Source: Eledone cirrhosa
Taxonomy: Eukaryota
NCBI GenBank assembly: GCA_964016885.1
Contig: OZ024742.1
Span: forward strand, 111,042,001 to 111,106,000
Direction of reading: 5' to 3'
DNA: 64,000 bases
Shown: positions 13,354 to 23,694 of the stretch, in pieces
Layout of the letters: every line of letters begins with the position of its first letter
Position numbering within the stretch: position 1 is the stretch's first letter
Translations under genes and position numbers: made by a program
The notes under the pieces: model-generated
Database searches by the model: none
Told to the model about the DNA's origin: nothing
What the model saw: only the letters and a program-made list of their open reading frames with translations

Positions 13354-13446
13354 ATATGTTAATTATTTTCAACTGAACCAGATCAATTATGATATATAGT
13401 CATCTGATCCAGAAATATTATATGGAGCAGCGAAATAATTGTAAAC
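13327..13446 (+). ncRNA. Hammerhead ribozyme with an expanded (~75-nt) stem II loop, partly decayed
   Basis: gtt-CCGATGA-gccgccctgt...atggagcagc-GAA-A-taattg-T-A-aac; the inverted copy at 11218-11239 preserves the palindromic acaattgt. Confidence 0.55.
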
Positions 13447-13751
13447 GGACATTATTATTATTAATACTATTATTATTATTCTCTACATTCCTTACATCAA
13501 ACTAAAATATGTTGACAATCTTTTAATGTCTTCCTTGTGAAATTTGCGGTCTTGTTTTGCTTAACTAATGAATATTTCCAGCTCTGCGCACCTAACCTCT
13601 GCATGAACCCAGCCACCTAGCTGCTTTCCACTGCATATTGCACATTGAGCACATGGCTTTAGGCTTTGGCTTCTAACTAATTCACCAATCTCTCCTCTCA
13701 TATCTCCTCTACTATCTCCATCTCTCTCTTTAAGATTGGTTACTCTTGAAC

Positions 13752-13843
<92 letters not shown>

Positions 13844-15244
13844 AATACGATATTAATAAATGGAAACTATATTTATAAAACCATATTTATTTCATTATAC
13901 ATATTTCAGGGATACACCACATTAAATTATGGTATGCCTTCATCAGACAAAATACAATATATAACAGTTTTACAAATAGCTTTGACGTACCCTTTTAAAA
14001 TACAACCATTACTTTTGGAGGCTGTCTGGATATATATTTTACGTCTGTAAGTATAGATTTAATATTTAATATCTTCTAGATCGATACAGACGGACTATAT
14101 GTACTTGAATTAAGGTATTTCTATCTGGCTAAAAAATGATTGTCATTTTGCAAAAAAACAAACACATTAGTGTTGATCATATTTTTTTAAATTGTAATGT
14201 AATGCTCAGAAGTATTTTCTTAGAGCTTAATATTTGTAACTGACTACTAAACTGAAATATATATATATATATATATATATATATCTTTGCTCGAATAGCC
14301 GAGTAGGACCTAGCATAATATACGGATAGACATGATTTAGAATGGCACACACTTCAAATAAAATACGCTCTAAATATAGCAAAACAGTTTTAGAGATTAA
14401 AACAAGAAACCCTTAAATTTGCAATTCAAAAGCAAAGTGTTTAATAGCAAACTACTTTATAAATACTCCTAGTAGCTGGTATGAATTTGTTTGCTTACTT
14501 CAAAGCAACTGTAAATAATACTTCTCAAACTGACATAAAACGTTATCTTCAATTGAAAATCTAAAGAGATTTAGATTTCGAAAAGTATTTTCTTTTTCTA
14601 TCCTTCCAGATATATTCCAAAAGAGTAGAAATAAATGAGTTATGGCATTCTGTGATGTAGTTTATGAGTCGATATTTAATGAGTCAAAATGAAGAAATGA
14701 AACCCGAACATTATATAAAAATTACACATGTTAACACTCTCATACTTGAAATGACATCAACATATGTACGAATGAAAACGTTACCTGCACTATGAAGCAG
14801 TGTCTTTATAAAATGAAACGGAGAAAGAGAGAGACATGTTCACGATTCATTCCGAGCTTAATTTTGTCAAATGTAATAAATGTCTGATTACCAGTATTGT
14901 CAGGGTAATTGAAACTTAATGGGGTATGAAATATAATATCGATACGTACTGCGTTTAAGTTTCTTTGGGGTGGGCCGTGAATTCTATTTTTCCCTTATTG
15001 GTAGCTACCACTCGAGTATTGCATTCAACATATGGACTATACCCACCTAGTAATATTGATTTATAATTTAAGCACAAGTCTATCTAATATAAAACTGGAG
15101 ATCGTACGCTTATATTAACATTTATGTAATGCGCTATGTAAATAGCCGTAAATCGATCGGTATGCAAATGAGGGTAATCCGGCGATGTATACATTAGAAA
15201 ATACTATATATTCTCAAGAGTTCACTCGGGTAGCAGAGAGGTAT

Positions 15245-15287
15245 ACAGTCCTGATGAAGGGAAATGACCCAGAAACCTGTTGGCTGT
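15245..15287 (+). ncRNA. Minimal type I hammerhead ribozyme
   Basis: acagtc-CTGATGA-aggg(aaatga)ccca-GAA-AC-ct-GT-T-ggctgt; 6-bp stem I including one G-U pair. Confidence 0.75.
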
Positions 15288-15902
15288 TTATCAATGATAC
15301 TACTGAGCAAACGGATGACGATAGTCATCAGAGACAGCACATAGCGTAGTGAGGCCGCTTGCTCGCAAACGAATCGATTATTATGTTTTTTTCTTAATAT
15401 ATTCTATCAAAAGTAATTTTATAATTTTTGTTACTTCAATGAATAAGTATTATTAAACCTTATATGCTCTAGTTGTATACCTGTAACATTGTTATTTTTT
15501 TAGTTCTGTATGTGTATAACTGTTAATGTTCAACTGAATATTGTTTTCCGGTATATGCAGTATAATGGAATATATATATAAATATTCCCCGAATTATGCA
15601 ATGTTGCCATTCACCTCAGGACACTGGTGCTCTCATTGAGTGCTGATTACTTTTTGCTCTCCTGAGTCAGTTTTCTAGTTGATTTGGTCACTGCGGCTGG
15701 CGTACCGATCGCTGTCTTCAATTTGAAAAGTTGTCTAAACGTAATGTTATAACTCTAACGTGAAATACTTTATTGAGTACTTATCTACACATTCCGATAG
15801 CATTCGTTAGCAAATTCGATATGCTAATTAGGCTGCTCAGCCGTTAATATGCATAAGGAAAGTATATACTTTCAGACGTTCAACCATCTGGCAGGAAGGT
15901 AT

Positions 15903-15945
15903 ACGTTGCTGACGATAGCTAATAAGCGTGAAACTACTACAGCGT
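15903..15945 (+). ncRNA. Minimal hammerhead ribozyme (unit 1)
   Basis: acgttg-CTGACGA-tagctaataagcgt-GAA-A-ctac-T-A-cagcgt. Confidence 0.7.
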
Positions 15946-16402
15946 TCCTTTATCAGTGTTGAACAAATGAGCAACGAGCTAATAAGCTTGAAACTACTAC
16001 AGCGTTCCTTTATCAGTGTTGAACAAATGAGCAACGATGGTTGCTAGACACTGTACGGCTTAATTCGGGATGTTTGTTTACAAACACACCGAGCATATAT
16101 AATAAATGTTCGGTGAATCCATACGTACACATATATATATATATATATATGTGCATGTATGTATATATATATACATACTACTGTACATCTGTATACATAT
16201 ATGTATGTACGTATACTTACTTATATTTAAGTAACAGCCGTACTAAGAGTGAGAAATGAAATTTCGTTTCATTTTTTCCGTTTATCGTTTTCGGTACCCC
16301 GCTCGATTAACTCACTCGATATGCAAATTAGGCTGCTCAGCCGTTAATATGCATAAGGAAAGTATATACTTTCAGACGTTCAACCATCTGGCAGGAAGGT
16401 AT

Positions 16403-16445
16403 ACGTTGCTGATGATAGCTAGTATGCTTGAAACTAGTACAGCGT
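16403..16445 (+). ncRNA. Minimal hammerhead ribozyme (unit 2) with palindromic stem III loop
   Basis: acgttg-CTGATGA-tagc(tagtat)gctt-GAA-A-ctag-T-A-cagcgt; the palindrome actagt is typical of dimer-forming minimal HHRs. Confidence 0.85.
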
Positions 16446-16744
16446 TCCTTTGTCAGTGTTGAACAAATTAGCAACGATGGTTGCTAGACACTGTACGGCA
16501 TTATAATAAATGTTCGGTGAATCCAAACGTACATATATATATATATATGTGTGCATGTATGTATATATATATATATATACATACTACTGTACGTCTGTAT
16601 ACATATATGTATGCACGTATACATACTTATATTCAAATATATATATATATATATGCCGGGTTTATCACGGGTTCAATCGGGGCTAACCACAGAAAGTAAG
16701 GTACTCAGTACAAAGCAGTGTATAAATATTTAATATAGAAAAGT

Positions 16745-16789
16745 TTCTACAGGAGTAGAACTGTTTCATTCGTGATAAATCATCAGGAA
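16745..16789 (-). ncRNA. Type I hammerhead ribozyme
   Basis: Minus strand: ttc-CTGATGA-tttatcacgaat-GAA-ACAG-ttctactc-CTGT-A-gaa. Confidence 0.7.
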
Positions 16790-16868
16790 GCATTGATAAT
16801 TTATCACGAATGAAACAGTTCTAGTCCTGTAGAAGGTTTTCTATATTAAATGTATATATATATATATG

Positions 16869-16943
<75 letters not shown>

Positions 16944-16971
16944 ATCAAAAGATGGTTAAAAGAGTTCCTTG

Positions 16972-17042
16972 TATTTTGTTATGCGCATTTCAAAAACAAA
17001 TATCATCATGCAATAATATTTGTGTTTTCATCAGATAAAATA
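16972..17042 (-). ncRNA. Type I hammerhead ribozyme (inverted copy of 17178-17248)
   Basis: Reverse complement of the 17178 motif with one change in stem I. Confidence 0.8.
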
Positions 17043-17177
17043 GGAAGACATGATATGAAGGTTAAAAAAAACTTGTGAATAGTGCAGTTTTAAATCAACA
17101 TATGTTTTAAATCAACAAATGTTGATTTAAAACTGCACTATTCACAAGTGTTTTTTAACCTTCATATCATGTCTTCC

Positions 17178-17248
17178 TATTTTATCTGATGAAAACACAA
17201 ATATTATTGCATGATGATATTTGTTTTTGAAATGCGCATAATAAAATA
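17178..17248 (+). ncRNA. Type I hammerhead ribozyme with long stem II
   Basis: tattttat-CTGATGA-aaacacaaatattattgcatgatgatatttgttttt-GAA-A-tgcgca-T-A-ataaaata; 8-bp stem I and palindromic atgcgcat. Confidence 0.88.
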
Positions 17249-17276
17249 CAAGGAACTCTTTTAACCATCTTTTGAT

Positions 17277-17331
<55 letters not shown>

Positions 17332-17501
17332 TTAATATAGAAAACCTTCTACAGGACTAGAACTGTTTCATTCGTGATAAATCATCAATGCTTCCTGATG
17401 ATTTCTCACGAATATTATGTATACTCCTGTCCTACAAACTGTAGAGTGCTTCTCATCCGATATCTGCATTGCTTTATTGTGCTACAATAAAACTCACCTC
17501 C

Positions 17502-17528
<27 letters not shown>

Positions 17529-17539
<11 letters not shown>

Positions 17540-17594
17540 CATGAATAATCACAGGAGATAATTATCTCCTGTGATTATTCATGTTTATTTATAT
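17529..17594. repeat. Perfect 66-bp palindrome with no spacer
   Basis: atataaataaacatgaataatcacaggagataa|ttatctcctgtgattattcatgtttatttatat. Confidence 0.95.
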
Positions 17595-17761
17595 GTTAAT
17601 CAATTTCTAGTTATTATAAAATGCTCGGACCTACTCGTTAGAATCTTAGAGCTTATTTTGCGTGTGATATGGCGCATGTCTTTCTGGCATGACACCCATA
17701 AATTTGAATTTAGATTAAATTTACTTAATTTATCTTAATTTTGTATATATATATATATATA

Positions 17762-17864
17762 TAACGAAGGAAATGTGGTAAGGAACCAGGTGGACCATAA
17801 CGCACGAAAGTACTCAATACTTAGGGTAGTAGAGTGGGTAATAGGAACTGGGGTCTTACTTGTT

Positions 17865-17869
<5 letters not shown>
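17762..17869 (-). mobile_element. Short pLTR-end family copy with terminal inversion
   Basis: 'tgtggtaaggaaccag.tggaccataa.gcac...tactcaata' is shared with 19791-19880 and, inverted, with 57140-57230; flanked by (TA)n. Confidence 0.75.
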
Positions 17870-17922
<53 letters not shown>

Positions 17923-19419
17923 AACAACATTGTATTGAGTACCTTACTTACTGTGGTTACCCCGATTGAAAAAAAGGAAAATTTCGAAAGTTGAGGTATT
18001 ATGAAGCGCATAGAAAATATAAGAAATTCGTTGCAGAAGTAACTATAAATACAGTCGATTGCTATATATATTAAAGCTGTGAAAATCGGGTAAAATACCC
18101 CTATGGACGGACAGAAGTTACAGCGGCCGCAACGGTGATCGAGCTCTATATCTTTCAAATATGGAACCAGCTGTAACATATTAAATGTTTAACTAATTTA
18201 TAATTTAACATCGATCTAATGATAGCAACATATTAGTGGGCGCGAGTTAATGGTTTCATGAATGATCAAATATTTACAAAATATTTACAAAATGCAAAAT
18301 ATATTTCCTTCCTATTGGGGCACTTTGAATATGGAATTGAGATATATCGAAGCTGTTGGCAAAGTAACAAGAGGCATATGAGCTGGAGTTGTGTCATCAG
18401 CCAGTAGCACGCTATTCATGTGTTAATGCTGACGAGGTTTGAGTAATGGGAACCAGTTACATTACTCTATCATAATTGGAAACCTGTTTGAAAAAAGAAC
18501 ATTACCGAATTCTCTAATCGCACAGATTCCTCTATCTTTAATCGAGTTTTATTGATATCTTTTAAAATATCCCATTACATGAAGTAAACACTATTCCTAT
18601 ATTTATTATAACTGATTGTTAGTTTTTGCGGCTAGGACACGCAGCTTTCGTTATATCGAGGACATGTGACTTTATAAGCCGCAACCTATGAAAGTTTCTA
18701 GTTACATGCAATGATTTCATATCGAATATTCATTCTGTTCTAATAGAAAATCACAATCAGAATATGTTATAGAAAATATTACATTGAAAGGTTCTTCTTT
18801 CGTGTTTACATTCCTATTCCTCTGTATTCGATTTCTGTTTTAAATGAATCGAATAAAGTGGTTGTAATGAGTTATCTCTCACAGTAAATATGAATTCTAA
18901 ACAGATTACAACGTGGAGGACAAATATTATTGCAATATATATTTGAAAAATAATTCCGAACAAACAGCCAAGGTTTGATATATTTTGTAGCAGACGATTT
19001 CTAAACTATGACCCTTATATTAACGTTTGAATAGAATTTATGTTAAAAGGACATTACTTAGAAATATGTATGTGAATATACGATTCGTTACAGTATTCGT
19101 ACTATCATATTTCCTGGTTAATTTAATTCAAATGAATGGGTTAATAACAGACCAAGTCATATATCTTTAACATCATTGAATAACGTCAACAGAATTAATG
19201 TAATTGGGAAATATGACGGATCTATTCTCATTATGCACTTTATTGATGCGATAATGGTATTAAATTTCAAGTTTAATATATATATACGACACTTCCGAAT
19301 TACCTTTTAAAATACATACACAGACCTTCTCTCTCGCAATCTCTGACACACACGTATGAGTGTATATATATATGTATATATATGTATATATGTATATCTA
19401 TCTATCCCCCCCCCTCCCC

Positions 19420-19558
<139 letters not shown>

Positions 19559-19734
19559 TATATAAGGAGTTTATATGAGGTGATAACAACCATATAAATG
19601 TAAAAAATATTTCAAAGATCAAATGTGATTTTATAGATAAGTAAAAGGTACCACACCAAGATAAGTAAAAGGCAGTTTAAACTTTAATCCAATCGGTAAA
19701 TTTCTGATCACAGTAGTTTAAAATATCACAGAGC

Positions 19735-19765
<31 letters not shown>

Positions 19766-19790
19766 TATATATATATATATACATATATAT

Positions 19791-19985
19791 AACAAAGAAA
19801 TTGTGGTAAGGAACCAGATGGACCATAATGCACCAGACTACTCAATACTTGGGGTAGTATAGTGGGAAATAGGAAAAAAGTATGACCCCGACGGCAGAGT
19901 TCAAGCCGTTTCGACGGCTATTTCTGGACAGAAATAGCCGTCGAAACGGCTTGAGCTCTGCCGTCGGGGTCATACTTTTTCCTAC
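19791..19985. mobile_element. Same short family with a ~115-bp fold-back (19871-19984) containing the 3' half of a hammerhead
   Basis: Arms taggaaaaaagtatgaccccgacggcagag.tcaagccgtttcgacggctatttctg and its reverse complement; half-HHR GAA-ACGGC-ttgagctct-GCCGT-C-ggggtc. Confidence 0.8.
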
Positions 19986-20018
19986 ATATATATATATACT
20001 TTTTCCTACACACACACA

Positions 20019-21135
<1,117 letters not shown>

Positions 21136-21339
21136 ATATATATACACACACACACATATATATTTTCACTACATATATATATATATATATACATATATAC
21201 ATACATATATATGCACATATATTTTTTTGTATTGCACCATAGAGCATGTGTGTTTACGTGTGTCGTTGTGTTTATATGTGGGTAGAGATGTGTGCTGATG
21301 TAGGTATGTATGTTGACGTGTGTATGTTGTGGGTTCGTC

Positions 21340-23694
21340 TTAGGGAGAAGTGTTTAGACGGGGTCCGTATTTGTTAATGAAGTAAGATTCCTTGCTGATG
21401 CGCTGGGTGTGGGTGGCATTATCTTTAAATTTGTAGAGGGGAAAGATTCTGAAGTTGGGATGATTTTGGGCGGCACAGGTATCAATGTGTTCACTCAGTG
21501 GTATTTTCCTGTATTCCCGTATTTTAATTTGGGATCTATGGACAGTCATGCGTTGGCGGAGGCTGTTTTTGGTCTGGCCTATGTATTGTTCTCGACAACC
21601 TGAACAAGTTAATACATATATTAAATTTTCCGATGCACATGTGAAATTGTGTTTTACTATAAAACGTTGTCCATCTTTGAAATAGAATTCCGAACCCTCT
21701 ATTAGGTTGATGCAAATGCCACAGTTGGGTCTATCGCATTTTTTTACTGTGGGTTTCGTTGTTGTGGTTGGCAGTACTTTGGCATGTGTTAAGATGTTTT
21801 TCATTGACTTGGATTGTCTTTTGCTCTTTATGATATCGTGTGTTCGTAGAATTTGGTTCATTCTATGGTCCTTTTTCAATACAGGGATGTTCTGGAGGAT
21901 GGTGTCAAAGGCCTCATTGTTGAGGGGCTTGTGTGTGGAGATGTATGGAAGAGCTTTTAGTTTTGGTTGATTTACTTTAGGGTGTCTAATGTCCTGGGTA
22001 CTGAGTTTTAGGGCACGTTGGATTCCATTGTCAATTAGTGATTCAGGGTAGTCCCTGCCTATGAGTGTGTCCTTTAGTTCTTGTAGCCGTAAGTAGCAGA
22101 TGTTTTTATTGGAGACTATAGTACAGATTCTCTTGGCTAAGTTGTAGGGAATATTAATTTTAACGTGTCTAGGGTGGCAAGAGTTGAAGGGGAGGTATTG
22201 CTTGGAGTCTGTGGGCTTGTAGTATATGTCTGTTTCTATGTTTTTGTTATGGATCTTAATGAGGATGTCGAGGAAGGGGAGTTGTTGATGGCTGTATTCC
22301 ATCGTGAAGTTAATATTTGTGTTGAGCCCATTTATAAGGGTGTGAAATTCTTTAAGTTTTTCGATGTTTTCGTGCCAAAGGATGAAGCAGTCATCTAGAT
22401 ATTGCTTCCAGTTCCTTTCAATGTGTAAGTGGAGGGTGTTTCCAAATTTGTTTAGGACTTTAGTGTAGAGGGTGATTTCCAGGTATCCCATGACTAGGTT
22501 GGCATAAGTAGGGGCTGTTTTCGTTCCCATAGCGGTCCCAGATTTCTGCCTGTAGGGTTTGTTATTGAAAACGAAGTAATTGTTCTCCAAGATAAATTTG
22601 AGTCCCTCTATCACGAATTCTTTTTTGATGCGTTGTGGGAGTTCATTGTGGAAGTTATCCAGCCAGAATTGGATAGCTTCTATTCCTAGGTTGTGGGGGA
22701 TGTTGGAGTATAGGTTGACTACATCGAACGTCACTAGTAGGGTTTGTTCAGAAAGTGGCATATTAGGGAGGTGATTGAGCATATCTAGGTCGTCCCTTAT
22801 ATAGCTTTTGATGTGCTTGAGGAAGGGTTTGAGAAGGGTATCAATGAAGTTGCTAAGACGGTGCGTTTCGCAAGCGGGGCCTGCTATTATAGGTCTTAAT
22901 TTGAGATCATTGGGTGAGGGGACATTGATGACTATGTCTGTGGCTTCCTTGCATGCCTTACAGATTGATTCGCTTTTATGTACTTTAGGGATACCGTAGA
23001 AAAGGCTGGATTTACTTGTGAAGTCTGTGATGAAGCTGAATTCCTTGTTAGTGAGTCCTTCTTTGTATTGGTTGATTAGAGTTTTTAGGTTTCTCATAAT
23101 TTTCTGTTGATTGTAGTGTTCAGCCTTTTCGTAGTATGTTTCGTTTTCCAAAGTGGAGAGCGCTAAGTTGATATAGAATTCTGTCTCCATTAGGACTACT
23201 GTACTCCCTTTATCAGCCTCTTTAATTGTAATGGTTCTGTCGGTTTTTAATCTATTTAATTCTTCCCATTCTTTCTTGTTGAGGTTTGGCTTGTGTTTTT
23301 GTCTGTGCAAGTGTTGGTAAGGGAAGTTTGTGATGTGTTCACAGAATTCGTCCAGGATTTTATTTCTACCTTTTGAAGGGGTGTAATTGCTTCTATTTCT
23401 GGCTAATGATTCATCCTCATTGTACTGGTCGAATAGTTGTTCACTAAGTCGTAACTTTCTACAGAAGTCTGTGATGTCTTCCTTCATTTCATAGTAGTTA
23501 GGACGTAGTGGGGTCGGTGTGAATTTAAGACCTTTGGAGAGTAAGTTGATAAGGTTGGGTGTTGGTTCTGCACTAGTAAGATTGATAATTTTTATTACTA
23601 TCGGTTTCTCCTCCCTGTCTTGTGTTATTTTGTTTGCCTGTATCTGTGTGCTGTGTCTAAAAAATGGTTGGGGTAGAGGGGTTGTCTGCTGATG
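21340..23694 (-). CDS. PLE ORF2: reverse transcriptase + Zn-linker + GIY-YIG endonuclease (frame open 69 codons upstream of the first ATG at 23487)
   Basis: IINLT...LLSKGLKFTPTP (upstream of the ATG), IKEADKGST, FYGIPKVHK, LRPII, LVTFDVVNLYSNI, GTAMGT..APTYANL, YLDDCF, PFLDI, CDRPNCGIC linker, FTC..NLIYVLTCSGC..YIGQT...R...H...H, ESYFI..LN. Confidence 0.93.
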   Translation of the reverse strand, partial: HQQTTPLPQPFFRHSTQIQANKITQDREEKPIVIKIINLTSAEPTPNLINLLSKGLKFTPTPLRPNYYEMKEDITDFCRKLRLSEQLFDQYNEDESLARNRSNYTPSKGRNKILDEFCEHITNFPYQHLHRQKHKPNLNKKEWEELNRLKTDRTITIKEADKGSTVVLMETEFYINLALSTLENETYYEKAEHYNQQKIMRNLKTLINQYKEGLTNKEFSFITDFTSKSSLFYGIPKVHKSESICKACKEATDIVINVPSPNDLKLRPIIAGPACETHRLSNFIDTLLKPFLKHIKSYIRDDLDMLNHLPNMPLSEQTLLVTFDVVNLYSNIPHNLGIEAIQFWLDNFHNELPQRIKKEFVIEGLKFILENNYFVFNNKPYRQKSGTAMGTKTAPTYANLVMGYLEITLYTKVLNKFGNTLHLHIERNWKQYLDDCFILWHENIEKLKEFHTLINGLNTNINFTMEYSHQQLPFLDILIKIHNKNIETDIYYKPTDSKQYLPFNSCHPRHVKINIPYNLAKRICTIVSNKNICYLRLQELKDTLIGRDYPESLIDNGIQRALKLSTQDIRHPKVNQPKLKALPYISTHKPLNNEAFDTILQNIPVLKKDHRMNQILRTHDIIKSKRQSKSMKNILTHAKVLPTTTTKPTVKKCDRPNCGICINLIEGSEFYFKDGQRFIVKHNFTCASENLIYVLTCSGCREQYIGQTKNSLRQRMTVHRSQIKIREYRKIPLSEHIDTCAAQNHPNFRIFPLYKFKDNATHTQRISKESYFINKYGPRLNTSP

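Larger units (their letters stand above)
11084..13750 (+). mobile_element. 5'-truncated Penelope-like element (Hydra-clade-like) with inverted partial pLTR
   Basis: RT and GIY-YIG remnants; 11084-11239 is an inverted copy of 13422-13575; both ends are in (TA)n. Confidence 0.9.
15815..16640 (+). mobile_element. Non-coding tandem HHR repeat (retrozyme-like), ~1.7 units of ~440-500 bp
   Basis: 'tcgatatgc.aattaggctgctcagccgttaatatgc' occurs at ~15817 and ~16316; one HHR per unit; 60-bp internal duplication at ~15978-16037; further copies at 33131 and 58381. Confidence 0.8.
16729..17413. repeat. Nested palindromes: a ~120-bp fold-back (16729-16851) overlapping a ~645-bp fold-back (16768-17413, centre ~17110)
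   Basis: Arms are directly readable as reverse complements and include two different pLTR families plus the intervening (TA)n. Confidence 0.9.

Noticed and set aside
13898-13955. Hammerhead-like CTGATGA...GAAA on the minus strand
   Set aside because: Core and stem II are plausible but stem I does not pair; too decayed to call.
15900-16040. CRISPR-like repeat-spacer pattern
   Set aside because: A simple 60-bp tandem duplication with no unique spacers or cas genes, in a eukaryotic context.
19871-19984. MITE or pre-miRNA interpretation of the short hairpins (also 34561-34707 and 16729-16851)
   Set aside because: One arm continues as a longer family sequence and the hairpins contain hammerhead parts; better explained as PLE-type inversions.
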